This document shows, piece by piece, positions 1 through 40,386 of a DNA stretch of 64,000 nucleotides. The stretch comes from Antechinus flavipes (Eukaryota), in contig NC_067401.1 of NCBI RefSeq assembly GCF_016432865.1, forward strand, positions 130,758,001 to 130,822,000, given 5' to 3'. Positions within the stretch are counted from its first letter, which is position 1. Each line of letters opens with the position of its first letter. Made by a program: the position numbers and the translations under genes. The notes beneath the pieces are model-generated. The model was given only the letters and a program-made list of their open reading frames with translations, was not told where the DNA came from and searched no databases.

Positions 1-520
1 GGGAAAAACCATTGGAGAAATAAAAAAAGAAAAAAAGAAGTGAAGATAACATGTGTTGATTTACATTCAGTCTCCATAATTCTTTTTCTGGATGCTGATG
101 ACATTTTTGTCCAAAGCCTATTGGGATTGTTTTGGATCACTAAACTACTGAAAAGAACTGAGTCTTTCATAGTTGATTCAGGAATATTCTTGCTGTTATT
201 GTGTACAATGTATTCCTAGTTCTGTTTGTTTCTTTCAGCATCAGTTCGTAGAAATCTTTCCAGGCCTTTCTAAAATCAATTTGTTCATCATGTTTATAGA
301 ACAATAATATTCTATTTTCTTCATAAACCACAACTTGTTCAGCTATTCCCCAATTGAAGAGCATCTACTCATTTTCCAATTCTTTGCTAACACAAAAAGA
401 GCTGCTACAAATATTTTTGCACGTTTGGGTCTTTTTTCCCTCCTAAAGGGATGTATCCTTGGGATACAGACCCAGTAATGGTGAGGAGTGCGTATTTTTC
501 CTTATCTTCTAGAGACATCA
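1..520 (-). mobile_element. LINE-1 fragment (ORF2 C-terminus and 3' UTR)
   Basis: ORF 167-364 DFRKAWKDFYELMLKETNRTR resembles the L1 ORF2 end seen in other copies in this window. Confidence 0.8.
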
Positions 521-1149
521 AGGAAGTTTTCCCTTGGATGATATTCAGGATCCTCTTTCTTGAGTTATTTTCCTTCCAATGGAAGAGTTCTTTCATTCAG
601 TATTGTCTAGTACATATTTTCCTGTGTATTCCTTAATTTCTGTTTTGATACTGATTTGGATAAATGGATTCCTTTGCTAGTTACTGTATGTGTTCACTGT
701 GAAGAACCCAATCATTTGGGCAAGGGGTCTTAGATACAGGGTTTGGGGGTCCACTTTCCTCTACCAAATGACAAATCAAATCCTCTAGCCAAAAAATATT
801 TAGGGACACATACACAAATATCACACACACACACACCTCGCCCACCGGTCTCCTAGGAGAGTGGTCCTGAGTCCCAACCTCCTGTTTCCCCTACTGGCAG
901 GAATGAAAATCGCCCTTGGAGAAGGGGGGAGGGGGAGAAAAGCATGGAACTAGCTAATCTGTTTTATCAATCACTCGCAAAGACAGTGCTGACCTCCCAA
1001 ATGCCCCACTACACACATGGGACCCTCCACTTATATCCTTCCTGAAGCATTGAGCTCTTACCATGTGCAAAGCACTGGGGATATAAACAGAAAAGTAATG
1101 AGCCAGTCCCCTGCTCTCAAGAAGCTCACATTCTGGTATCATATCACGT

Positions 1150-1900
1150 GTATTCGGTTAAAGTAGGAATTTAGCGAGTGGGCTTTTTGATAAATCGTAA
1201 ACCTTCCCACTCGGCACAACCGGTCTCGCTTCACGTGCTCCACCCTCCCAAGGTGGGAGTGGGAGTGCCACGTGCCCGCGCCAGAGACCCGACGTACACT
1301 GAGTGCAAAGCAAGCACGCGCTAATGATACCCTGCGCCCAAAAAGAGGCCGGCCAAGCCAGCCTCACAGGACGCAGGCGCAAAAAGGCTCCTGAGCAAGC
1401 GCAGGAAGAAGGGCTGCACGGAGGGCGGGGCGAGGCGGCTAGCACTACGCATGCGTCTTGGCGGCTGGGTTCCCTTGCCTAGGGATGGAAGATGAGTGAG
1501 TAAACAAGTCCGGGGGCCGGGCGAGCTGGGGCTCTGCGGGAGGAGTGGGGGGCGGGGGAGTCCGTCGCCTGGGGCCGAGGGGCTGGGGGTGAAGAGAGGG
1601 TGGGGACGTGGGACGAGGGTGACAGCCTGCCTGGCCGCGTTTGTGGGAAGGCCCCCCCTTGGCTCCGGGCTGTGAGGAAGATCGCGCGAGTGGGAAGGGG
1701 GAAAAAAATCATTTGAGTGCGGGAGGAGGAGGGCCTGTGAGGGGCGTGGAGGAGGTGCCTGGTGTCTGGGAACACCCGTGGGGAGAAGGGGCAAGTTGAA
1801 GTCGGGAGCACTAGATGGGGGGAGGGGAGGATAAATCTGGGGAGGGGAAAATGGAGGGGATGTGTGGACAGTCCACGATGGGGGGATGGGCGGGGCGCGC
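1150..1900 (+). promoter_or_regulatory. EZH1: EZH1 CpG-island promoter and first exon (~1445-1495)
   Basis: CpG-dense. E-boxes CACGTG at 1232-1237 and 1269-1274, ETS-like CAGGAAG ~1402-1408, GC box 1423-1431, NRF1-like palindrome ACGCATGCGT 1447-1456, donor GA|GTGAGT at 1495/1496. TSS position is inferred. Confidence 0.8.
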
Positions 1901-2846
1901 CAGGTGCTCTTAGGTATCAAGCCTTCGGGCGTCCCTTGGAAAGGATGCATCCGCTGTTTGGCGGGGTTGGATAACTTTAGGAAATAAATCCTTATGGAGG
2001 GAGCAAGAGGGGAAAAGTGGGGCGTATAGAAAAATGAGGATTTTTTTAGGGGATAAGGAGTTTTCTCTGAGAGAGTTTGAGGTGCAAGACAGTAAAAGAT
2101 GAGTGTATGCTAGGAATAGATGTATATGTTTAGACTTTGAATGAAATCGTTACCAGATTTGTATGAATGTTGTTTAAGCCCCCTTCTCTCAAACTTGGAC
2201 TTTGACCACCTCGATTTAGGTCCTCATCTCTTGCCAGGATCTTGGTATATAAGCGTTATTATTACGCCCGTTTTGCTGACCTATATTTACGCAGGTTCAT
2301 ACAACTGAGGCCAGATTGCACGTATCTGAGGTCAGATTTAAACTCAGGTTTTCCTGACTACAGAGCCAGCTCTGTCTTACTTGGTCTCCCTCAACAAATG
2401 TTACATACTATGTACTAGGTGAGAAGCATTTTGGCATAATAGAGCAGCAGCTTTGGTATCTTGGTCTTTGCCGGCTGGACCATCATTCCTTTAATTAGCT
2501 TCAGTGTCCCGAAGAGTAGTTGATTGACATTGGTGGAAGAATTTTTTATATTGTGTGAGTTTCCTGCACCAATGAAATAATGATAATTGCAAGTGAAATG
2601 ATAGGTCTGACTTTTTCCTGCCACCCACACACACGCGTACAATATACAAAGCATTCTTTTAGGCATTGAAGATCCAAAGACTTGAAATGAAAAACAGTTC
2701 TTGCTCTCAATCTTCTAAGGCATGCAACATGAAAACACATGAGTAGGAGAGAACCTTGAATAACCCTAAGGCTAGTATCTCTTTTCTACACTGCTATCAA
2801 TAAAACCGCCATAAAGATCAGATTATTCGGCGATAAAATGCAAGCT

Positions 2847-3161
2847 CTTTTTAAAAATAACGTAATAGCTCTCTATTTTTCAGAATAAGTTATGTTAGTT
2901 TTCAACATCCATCCCTGAAAAACCTTTTATTCCAAAATTTTCTCCCTCACCATCTCCTCCTCCCCCGGAGAGCAACCAATCCAGTGTAAGTTAAACATGT
3001 GCAGTTCTGATGTACATATTTCCACATTTATTATGCTGCATAAGAAAAATCATCTCAAAAAGGAAAAAAAAAACAAGAAAAAACAAGCAAACAACGACAA
3101 AAAAAGGTGAAAATACTATGTTGTGATTCATATTCAGTCCCCATAGTCCTCTCTTTGGATG
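2847..3161 (-). mobile_element. 5'-truncated L1 3' UTR insertion with TSD
   Basis: Marsupial L1 3' UTR-like sequence; 12-bp direct repeat AAAATGCAAGCT at 2835-2846 and 3162-3173. Confidence 0.65.
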
Positions 3162-3650
3162 AAAATGCAAGCTTTTAAACCATGTATTTAATATCCTCCA
3201 TTATCTGGCTTGTCTACTTTTCTAACCACATTTCATTTACTCTACATTAGAGCCAAATTGGGCTATTTCTATCTGCTTTCCAGACTCAGCATTTTATCTC
3301 CTACTATTGTGTATTCCCATCAATTGTCCTTCATTCTTAGTTCTTGAATGTTCCTATATTGTGACTCAGAAGAATTATCTTCCTTCATGGTTCATATAAA
3401 GTTGTATAACCCACAGCTTCTTAAACAATGACAGGTATCGGGTCTCAACTGAATATGGAGGTTGAGAAATTATGATTTATTATCAATAAATGTTTGATTT
3501 GTATACCTTATATACCCAGAATCAAAAATTCTCCAGGCGAAAAGGGGTTGTGAGTAGAAAAAGTTAAAGAAGCCCTGGCATAACCTAGCTAAAAGCCTTC
3601 CCCGAACCCTCCAAGTTGTTCTTATTCCTTCCTTTAAATTATGATGAATA

Positions 3651-3815
3651 TGGGGCAGTGTACAATTGTTAAAGCACCAGCCCTGAAGTCAGGAGGACCT
3701 GAGTCCAAATCTGGTCTCAGACACTTAACACTTCCTAGCTATGTGACCCTGGACAAGTCACTTAAGCCCAATTGTCTTAGCCAAAAAAAAAAAAAAAAGA
3801 AAGAAAGAAAGAAAG
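3651..3815 (+). mobile_element. WSINE1-like tRNA-derived SINE with A/(GAAA)n tail
   Basis: GGGGCAG start, CORE-SINE body, tail; 15-bp TSD AAATTATGATGAATA at 3636-3650 and 3816-3830, preceded by TTT (L1 endonuclease-type site). Confidence 0.85.
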
Positions 3816-3894
3816 AAATTATGATGAATACATATTGTATCCCCTAATAGAATGTGGACTGTTTGACAGCAGAGACTATTTTGGTTTTTTTCTT

Positions 3895-4490
3895 TATAGT
3901 CAATTAATAAATATATATTAAGTGACTGTTATGAGTTGGCACTCTGCCAAGAGCACAGTGTATCTTTGGGGATTCAAAGAAAGGTTAAAACAGGGTTCTT
4001 ACCATCAAGTAATAATTGTTGACCTAGAAAATACATGTACTGTAACCGCAAAGTAATCCCAGAAGGAAAGTATGCTAGTAACTGAGGGCGCCCAGAAAGA
4101 CTTCCTGAAGAGGATGGTACTTGAATTTAATCTTAGAGAAAGCCAAGAGAGGGAGATCCAAACTTAGAGGACAACTTCCACCTCTAGGGAGGAGGCACAG
4201 ATTTGGTGGTGGCATGTTGTATTTGAGGATTTGATGGGTCACTATAGTTGATTATAGAATGCACAGACAGTAGAAAAATACTGGCAAAGTAGGGATGGAC
4301 CAGATTGTGAAGGGCTTTAAGTGCCAACTAGAGATTTTATTGTGGGTAGATGGGTGGTGACATGTTAAACATACCCTTTAAAATAATTACTTTGATAGCT
4401 GCCTGAAGAGTGGATTGTAATGGGGAGAAACTTGAGACAGCAAAACCCATCAGGAAGCTGTTGTACTAATGTGTCTTGAGGTGATGAGGG
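3895..4490 (-). mobile_element. Old LINE-2 fragment
   Basis: Degenerate antisense L2 3' signature (caattaataaat...ggcactctgccaag) and L2-like body. Confidence 0.5.
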
Positions 4491-7400
4491 TGTACATGTT
4501 GTCAGTAACTAGCACATTGCTTTGTGCAAGGCAGGAACTTAATGTTTATTAAAATGGGGAGGGATAGGTAAGCCCCTTCCTGAGCACACTGGGTCAGCAC
4601 AATGATTGACTGTAATGGTATGTTCCCTTCCTTAGATTGACTTAGGGAGTCTCTCCCTAAAGATAAACACTTATACTTTTCCAGGGCTTTGGATAATAAA
4701 GAGAAAGATTCTCTTATCAGCTTTCTAATCCCTTTGCAATGTTCTATGATCTGAGGCCTTTGTAAGAATTCTTCCCATTTCAAACCCTGGAAAGATTATA
4801 GTTGTCTTGGCACTAGAGGGAGTCCTTACACATGGGAGGATACAGTTGTGTTTGGAGGGGAGGCTTTTGATACCCAGGATGTGCAGTATACAGAAATATA
4901 ATTTTGTTATTGTCAAAGCCTGTGCTAGATACTTTTATAAATGGTTGTAGAAGAGCCAGCTTTTGCTATTCTCATCTAAAATCAAGGGGTAAAACTAGAT
5001 AGAATAGAAATCTTAGAGGCAAAAGGGAGAATACTGCATCTAATCCTTTCTTTCTATAAATGAAGAAACAGACTGAGGTGAAGTAACATGTCTAGTTCCA
5101 GAGTTCATTAATAGCTCAGCTGGAGTTAGAGCATAGATGTCCTGGCTTAGTTCTTAGGTGACCACCAAGATCTCTTTCAGCCCTAAAATTTTACAAGTTT
5201 ACAATTTATAAGCAAGGGTTGCTTATTTAATATTATTATAACTGTTGTGTCATTTTAAGACAGAAAATCAAATCCAATAAATACTAAATGCCTACTATGT
5301 GCCAAGTCCTTAGTGCTGGGCTTACAGTTAATAAAAAGAAATGCCTACATTGAGGCCATGCCCACAGTGACCTTACAGTCTAAAGGAAAAAAATAATGAT
5401 AACAATAATTGTTAACATTTGTGTAGCATCTTAAGGTTTATAAAGTGCTTTGCACACGTTATCTGAGAATGGAAAGTCAGAGATATATAGCCAGACCTAT
5501 TTCCTTTGGTTTAACAGAACTGTTGAACCTAAATTTTGTGCTCTGTTTTCCAAATACATTTTTGAAATCTAGCATTAGAAATTAAATGAATTAATATATC
5601 AATGAAAAGCATTTACTACACACTGTGCAGAAGAACAAGGTAGTCCATTTCCTCAAGGAGTTTACATTCTAATGGAGGAACCCACACTGCTTCTGGGAAG
5701 TCTTATAAATGGTAAATGGAACAATAGACACTCCCTTGATCTTCCTTCTCCACTTCTTAGGAGAAAGATATGAAGACTGCTGATGGTGACATTGAGGAAG
5801 AGTGATATAAGAGAGTTCACAGAAGAGGGACTTAGCTCTCCTAGGCATATCTTTGGGTGTCCAGTTTGGAGGGTAGAACAATAGCAACAGGAAAATTAAG
5901 AAAAAGGAAGGAAGAAGGAATATGGCTTAAAGGTACCTCTGAGAATTGAATTGTCTTTATATGGAGGTCTCACCAAGAAAATGGAAATTTGAACCTAACA
6001 AAAAGATGTGAGCATTCTGCCTTTTCTCTCTTGTAAGTTGGAGTGTTAATGTTTTAGTCTTAGAGTAAGAGTTTCACTTAGAAGGTAGTTTGGATTTAAT
6101 CATTTTATTGTGCCATTTTCTCTGGCACGTATGAATTTCTTTGGCTGAACTTATGAAAATTCTTTATTCATTGAATAATAATGATCACTTAGTAAATATT
6201 AAACTTTGTACTGAATATCACTTTGTACCTGCCAAGATTTCCCTACTCTTGTTTTCTGAACTTTTGTATTCTGATCTAAATCTTACTTTAAATTTTGTAT
6301 CTTTTTTTCCAAGTATAGTAATGTTTAGTGCACATGGCATCATTAGAATTTCTTTACAAAGCACATTAAGATTTTCAGAGTTCTTTTATCACAATAGTTC
6401 TGTGATGTAGGTGTGTATGTATTGTAAAGATGAGAAAAAAGGAAGCACAGAATATTTAAGCAGCAAGTAGTAGTGCCTCCATTACTCTATGACTCATTTT
6501 AGTAAAGAATCATTTTGTATAGAGATCACAAGCTTAAGTTTTGAGATATACTTTTAGAGCTCCTTTATTATATGTGATTTCAGAGGAGGAGATGGTATAC
6601 TATGAAAGATTCATCTATCATATTGGAGAATTATTTTTAAAGATATGTTGGACACATAGCTAGAATTGTTTGGGGAATATTATAACTGGTGAATGCTACA
6701 CAATTATTTAATTCTGTGTGGTATTAGAGCTCTTTGCAGGTACCATTTGTCCTTTGGGGGTCATGTTTGTTTGGCTCAAGAAAGATCCATGACACAGTTC
6801 TGAAACTACCAAGAAATGAAGAAAGAATGAAATGGAAATTTTTTTTTTTAAGTTTGACAGTTCAAATGGCATGACCTTAGCTTGATGAATAATAAAATTC
6901 CTTAAAACAGCAAAAAAGTAGCAATGTTATTAATCTGCTCTTAAAGCCAAAGAAAGTATTCCTACAAAGGATATGTTTAAAACAAAAAACTCAATTTTGA
7001 AAATTGTATGTGTTGTCACATATTATATAAATTTATACTATTGCTTTCTAATTGTATGCTCCCAAACAATTTCAAGAAATCTCTCTCTAACTCTAGGCAA
7101 GACAGACTCCTTTTCAGATTTAGTGTTTGGCTGGGAAGTCATCAGTTTTTACAAGTTGGGGAATAAAAGTTTTCTTTTTCCTATTAAGAGTTGCCTTGTA
7201 GATAGAATTAGAACTATGGGTCTTCTTATTATCATGTTTAATTTGCATTTCCCTGGCTTTAACAGTAAAATTAAATGTTTCTTGAAAATCTTGGCTAGAA
7301 ACAACAGACTTCTAGTTCATATTTTTAAATAACTACAATCACTGTATTTTGGAGTTTGTTTTTTAATTTAATAAGTGAATGTATATATTCATATGTATAT

Positions 7401-8829
7401 AATTGAAATATGAAGTGCTATTTGTGTACCTATTTTTATTAGCTTTGTTCTAATGACAGTTTGAGTTTGGAGTTCTGATTTTTTTTTTTTTCTTTACATT
7501 GACTTGTTTGATGTTGGTTTGTTTTCCTTTGTTTTTCATTATTAAAACTATTTGTTCAAAACAGAATGGCTTTCCTTCTCTAGAATGTTATGTGGGGGAT
7601 TAATTGCCAAATCAACTTTTAGGGACATTGAGGACCCAGATAAAAACAAATCAATTAAATATTGACTCATGAACACAGGATTGGAGTATAATTTTAATTG
7701 TGAAAGGGGAAATGTGTTTGTTTATATTGTGGTTGGTTGAAGCTCATGGACATATTTATATGTTTTCATATCTAATAAAATTCTTTCTTAAAAATAAAAC
7801 TGGTAATATTCATTGCTGGATATTGCATTGTGTTTACTATGTCTTGTTAATTTCCCTAACTTTAAAAAGTCACATTTCTTTTATGACATAATTTTCAGCC
7901 ATCTTCTTTCTTCAGCAAAAATATTGCCATTGTTGGCTTTCTGTGGCACAATCTGTAATAGGCATCTGTTCCAAACAATATTTATTTATTTGTTTGTTTA
8001 TTTTTATTTTTATGTCAGCCTCAGTGATGCTGGACACATTTTTTCCCCTTAGGTGACTTGATCCCTGCTAGCCTTTGCATCCTGCATTAGTTGTATTACT
8101 TCAGAAAGGGGAAATGAATTCCAAAAGGAATATTTGTGAAATATAAATTTGAAATCAGTTCTTTGGGGAGCCATTGTGTTTGTTGTGCAATGATGACATT
8201 AAGGGCTGTATATAAGTGGATTTTTGAGGAAAACTATTCTGTACTTTTTCAGAATTAAGGATTATAGGATTTTGAATTGAAGAGGTTTAGAAAAATCATC
8301 TGGTCCAATCCTGCCAAAAGATGAGGCCAAAAGAAGTCAAGTGACTTGTCCAAGATCACATTTAATAAAATAGCAATCCTGAATACAGGTTCTAACTTTT
8401 TCACTATTTACCACAGTCTGTCACTGTGTTTGTTCCTATTAAGAAGTGCATGATAAGCTAATTCTGGGAAACAGAAGTTACTGTGAATGGCAAATATTTT
8501 AATACTTCAGTAATTTTTTAACTTGGAAAAAACCTACTTCATTCTTTACCTTGTTTTGATCTTTTTGAGAAGGGTTTGGAAAGAAGAGAGATTATATTAT
8601 TAAGAAATTAAATCTGACTTTTTTATTTTATTTTTTTACTTAGGAATTAATCTGAGCTCATGATTGGTGTCTTTAAAAATTGCTTTCTTCATAATTCACC
8701 AAATTTACCATAATATTAGACTCATCAGTATAATTATATCTCTTTTAAAATCAAAATACATAACACAAGAAGAACAACAAGAAAATACATAACACAACAA
8801 TATGTTGATCAATTCTGCTGAATATGGTC

Positions 8830-9150
8830 CTTTTCAATAGTAAGGTGATTCAGGCCAATTCCAATAGACTTGTGATGGAGAGAGCCATCTGCATCCGGAA
8901 AGAGAACTGTGAGGACTGAATGTGAATCACAATATAATATATTCACCTTTTTTGTTGTTTTCATGAATAATTGTGGAAATATGTATAGAAGAGTTGCACA
9001 TGTTTAATATATATTGAATTACTTGCTTTATAAGGGAAGGGATGAGGGAAAGGAAAGGAGAAAAAATTGGGAACACAAAATTTTGTAAGGGTAAATGTTG
9101 AAAACTATTTTTGTATATGTGTGTGTGCATATATAAAAAGCTATTTTTTT
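8830..9150 (+). mobile_element. L1 3' end fragment
   Basis: gagagccatc...agagaactgtg and gaaatatgtatagaag 3' UTR signature with A-rich end. Confidence 0.7.
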
Positions 9151-10816
9151 TTAAATCAAGAAAGAAAAAATCAAAATACATAAAATAATTTGTGTCTTTG
9201 AAGCATTAAGTGGAACGTGTATTTTAAATCTTATAATTTTATTGGGTGTTAGTTATTTTCTAGGTAGGAGAAAGTACTAGTAATTTCAGTACCTTATGGG
9301 AAATTGGAAGTAGAATTAAAAAAAAAAAAACTTTTATAAGAAAAAAATTGGACCTAAAAATCTGATATCCTTTGAAGTTTGTTGTATTTTGGAATTATGT
9401 CTGACAGAAATGTCCTTATCTTTATGTTTCCATTCAGCTAAGTACCCTGATACAGTAAAAATCTTAGTGGTTCTTTAAGGCCGACAATCTTTCAGAAGCT
9501 GATGCCTATGTTTTCAGATACTTTAGGATGAAATGAACCAACTTGTGGAGTAGTTAATAGTAGTAGTAGTTAGTAGTAGTTTGGGAAATCTAACTAGACA
9601 TAAATTATTCTCTAAGTTCTAGTAAGGTTATGCTAGCTGATCATGTTTACTTCTGCTCTATGACAATGATGGGGCATGTAACACCCTGGTTTAGAGAAAT
9701 ATGGCCAGGTTGGTAGCTGCAGTTGGTTAATCATATATAGTTGGAAATACCTTTTGTTATAAGTAAAAGATATTTGCCTATTTCTTGGAGAATAGTTGAA
9801 GTCTTGACTTAACATGCAAGAAGAATAGTGGGTAGAAATCTAAATCTGGTGAATATTGGATTCAATTCTATTTCGAGTAGCTAGATTCCCCCCTTCCCCT
9901 CCTTTTTTTAAGAGTTGAATTCTTTGAGTTTTGATTTATCTTCATATCTTGTTTTGCTATTGAAGATCCCAAGTCACCCTATAAAACTTCCCCCTTTTCC
10001 TTGCAGCCACGCTGAGGTGAGTAGAAAGTATTGCAGTTTATAGGAGACACTATAGATTACTACTTCCAACAATTTATGCTGCCTAACATCTATCTATTCC
10101 TGGAAACCAGTTTCCAAAATAACCCATAGGGACTTTAAAGGTAATCTAGGCTCCTTTGTTTTGTAGGTAAGAAAACTGAGGACCAGAGAGGGAAGGTGGC
10201 TTGCCCAAAGTTGAACAGGTAAATCAATAACTGCAGAGCTGGTAATCAAAACTTAGCCTTTTGGTTCTGAATCAAAACATGAATTTGTGTTGTCATATAT
10301 ATAGCTTCAAAGTGAAAAATAAGATCATACCATTTTTATAATATATTATTTTTATTGTTGACATCTAAGGAGTTAATATCAGTGTGTTTTTTGAGGGTGA
10401 TGGCATGAAGAGCTTCATATTCTTTTACTAGGTTGCTTTGATATTTAATCAGCGCTTACTAAGGAATCTTGTTATTGAGGAGGGTAGGCCATTAAACTTA
10501 AAAATAATTTGCTTACTGTGAGAGAAACTCTTGAGGTAAATGGAAAGAAGCAGCAGTTGAAATAAGAGAAAAGAGCTGGGCCTTTTTAAAAATGTGAACT
10601 AAACCTATCTATGACATGATTAAAGAACAGCTCTATGAATGGAAACAGTTTTAATTGGACCCCCTGGATTAAGTGTCTATAATTAGCATTTTTGATAAAT
10701 TGAATTAGGAATAAAAACATGACCGCCACACCTGTTTAGCTTTAGGTAGAGTATTCCATTTTCTGGACAACAAAAATGTTCATTCCTTGATGTATGTCTC
10801 TTTGCATTACAGCAAA

Positions 10817-37670
<26,854 letters not shown>

Positions 37671-38568
37671 TCTTCCTGTGCCCCAACCTCCAGTACCTCT
37701 AGCAGCGCTGCCTCTGCTTTTGTGCTCACATCATGGCTGCTTCAGTCTCCTGCACTGTCTTCTACACCCAGAAACCCTCTCTTCTTACCCCTTCTGTAGT
37801 GAAGCCTAAGCTATAGGCGATGGGGGAGAAGTTCTTTGTCTCAGAGTGAAATCAGGGAGCATTTAGGGCTTGGATTCTCAGGAAAGAGAGAGACAAAGGC
37901 AGGGAGGAGGGGGAGTATGTCCTCCCAGCTCAGAGGCAAACAGTAAAGGTTAGGGGCTGATATCTGATAACTTGGTTTCCTGTTAGCTCCCTGTGCTGGG
38001 GGCCAGACCCAGGGCAGTATCTATGGGGACTAAAAAGTCAGCAAATGCACTTTCTTATCTTAGATCCCTAAATCAAGATCTTTCATGTAGTTCCTGGCCC
38101 CATCCGTGACCCTGGAACCTGGAAGGGCCGGTAGCAATGAATGGGATTGGGAACCGGAGTTATTGGCATGTGAGTTCATGGCAAAGTATGTCCTGACAGC
38201 ATAGATTGAATTTAAGTAGGGGGTTGAGTCTTCTCACTCCTTCTTTAACTTTCTTCTCTATTGCCTAGTGTCAGAGGCTTGCTAAATCTGACCAATAGTC
38301 CAGTTGCCAACAAGAACATATTGCTACTTTGACTAGTTATGCAGGACGTGAGAGGGCCTGTATTCACTTTTTTGCTATTTGGGGAAGGAGAACTGTGCTA
38401 AAAGCAGGAGCTAAGATCTCAGGGCTTGAAGACAGGAGCCTTTGAAGAAAGTTTTGTCCATGCAGATGGACTGGTATTTTCAGATTTCCAGGAAGGAATA
38501 TAAGGTCCCCTGCTACCTCCTGTCAGGCTCTTAGAGGTGTCATGCTGCTGAAATGGTGAACAGAGGCA

Positions 38569-38615
38569 TGGGTGTGGGTGTGTGAGTGTATGTGTATGTA
38601 TGGGCATGGGTGTGT
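38569..38615. repeat. Imperfect (TG)n tract in the EZH1 3' UTR
   Basis: gggtgtgggtgtgtgagtgtatgtgtatgtatgggcatgggtgtgtgg. Confidence 0.7.
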
Positions 38616-40084
38616 GGGGGGTGTCTTGGTTACTTATTTTGTTCTAGTTTCCTTCTCCTTTCTGTCCCTCCTCCCCCAGACCACACTAAAAGGGCCAGGG
38701 TCAAGTATTTCGTCGGGGGGAAGGCCCAGATACAGGTTGGGGGTAGGGGAAGAGGATACAGAGGATGCAGATATAATTTGCTTTCCTGATTCTGGCACCT
38801 TCTGTTTGGTATTGGTAGATTTGTAGGGGGTGGGATGGGGTTTAACATGCATGTGTGTAGAGGTGACCATACATGTTAATTATAAACTGGCAATGCATGG
38901 ATGTGGGGCTACTGGATCTTCTGCCGCTTTTCAGTATGGAGGCGGCTGGGTCCTCTCTAAGGAAACTTGCCAGCAAAGCACTTTAACTGTTTCCTTTAGA
39001 AGACCTGAAGGGTGGGTATAAGAATTAAGCCGTGGTCCCTGGGATCCCACCCCAACCCTAGTTTCTGAGGAAAGGAAAATTGCTTTCCTTCCATCCAGTA
39101 TCCCTGGGGGAGCGAAGAGTATCGGTGTTGACAGAGGGGTCTAGTCATGGTGAGAATGGGGCCAACCAAGCAGCCCCATGTTTGGCAGGTTTGCTGAGCT
39201 GGCAGGGAGCTGGGGAGTGCCTGTGCTTAGGTGGAAAGGACAAGAGCAAGTCCGGGCTGGCCGTGGGAGTGTCTGGAACAAGGGTGCAAGGCTTTACCCT
39301 GTCTCTTTAGGGAGTGAGTGCCTTTCTTCTTGATCTGGGCTGATCATCCTCTGCCTGTCCTTATACCCTTAGGTGTGTCACATTAGGTTAGGGTGGAGTT
39401 CCTTCGAGGCCATGTTAGCCGAGGGCTACCATCCTTCCCATGGGGATTTCTCAAAGAAGTTTCCCAGCCAGTTCAGCTGGCCATCTGCCCCCTTTTCTTA
39501 TCCCCTTCTCCAGCTGCTCCTCAGACATTCCTAGCCAGCTCTTGGCAGGGGCCAGCTGTTTAGCCAGCCAGCCTCAGCAGTGATTCTTAAGTCTACCCCT
39601 GCTGTGTGATGAAGGGAACACTCCCTTTCCCACTGCCACAGACTGCTATGGGCACTGAATTGCTCATAGATTAGAAGGGAAAACCAGAGACATTTGGCAA
39701 AAGTTCAGAAAGCCTGAACAGCTCAACTTTTTTGTTGTTTTGGAGTGGGTTTTGGGGGGCGATGAGGGGTGGTGGTGGTTTCTGGGTCTCTGCAGCCATA
39801 TGGTGGCCACCCCTTCTTCTTGGGGTGGGCTAAGGTTGTTATGTGCTAGGATTGGAGGAACTTCTACCACACTTCTTTCAGGCTTTCTCTGGTTTTCAGT
39901 CTCTGGGTTTTATCCCTCTTATCTTACTCAATCCTTACATCCTTAGTGTTCTCTACACCCACAATCTCTATTTTAATTTCCTTCTTATTGTCAGGAATGG
40001 GTAGGGAGGCTTGATATCAGTGTGGCTTTGTTGCCAGTGACTCTCACGCACTTTAAAATCCTGTGGCTTGTGACCCTTCATCAG

Positions 40085-40090
40085 AATAAA
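40085..40090 (+). terminator. Polyadenylation signal AATAAA for EZH1
   Basis: First AATAAA I found after the EZH1 stop; downstream T-rich element. Confidence 0.65.
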
Positions 40091-40380
40091 GTGGTAGAAA
40101 CTATTCTGTAGTGAGCTGAGCGATTTTTTTTTTTTTTCGGTCTGAGGGGAAGTGGTGGGCAATGTGTCCACAGCTCACATTGGTGGATTCCAGCATCTTC
40201 TGGTCTCCCAAGTCCTCTAGAGATGGTATGGGAATGGGGTCCCCCGTTGTATCTCTGACAGAGGATTGACATCCTGCTCAAAAGGGGCCCTGGATTCAGC
40301 CCTCCCCACTCTCACGCACCTCTCCTCTCCCCAACAATTGGAGCATCTGCCACCACACGAAGACCAGCTCTGTCACTCTC

Positions 40381-40386
40381 TTTATT
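40381..40386 (-). terminator. Polyadenylation signal AATAAA for CNTNAP1
   Basis: TTTATT on + strand, ~1.07 kb after the CNTNAP1 stop. Confidence 0.65.

Larger units (their letters stand above)
37671..40110 (+). other. EZH1: EZH1 3' UTR (~2.4 kb, inferred)
   Basis: From the stop codon to the first AATAAA (40085), followed by a T-rich tract at ~40123-40137. Confidence 0.65.

Noticed and set aside
1321-1950. 209-aa proline-rich ORF on the - strand
   Set aside because: Antisense reading of the G-rich EZH1 CpG island; low complexity, GTG-type start, no recognisable domain
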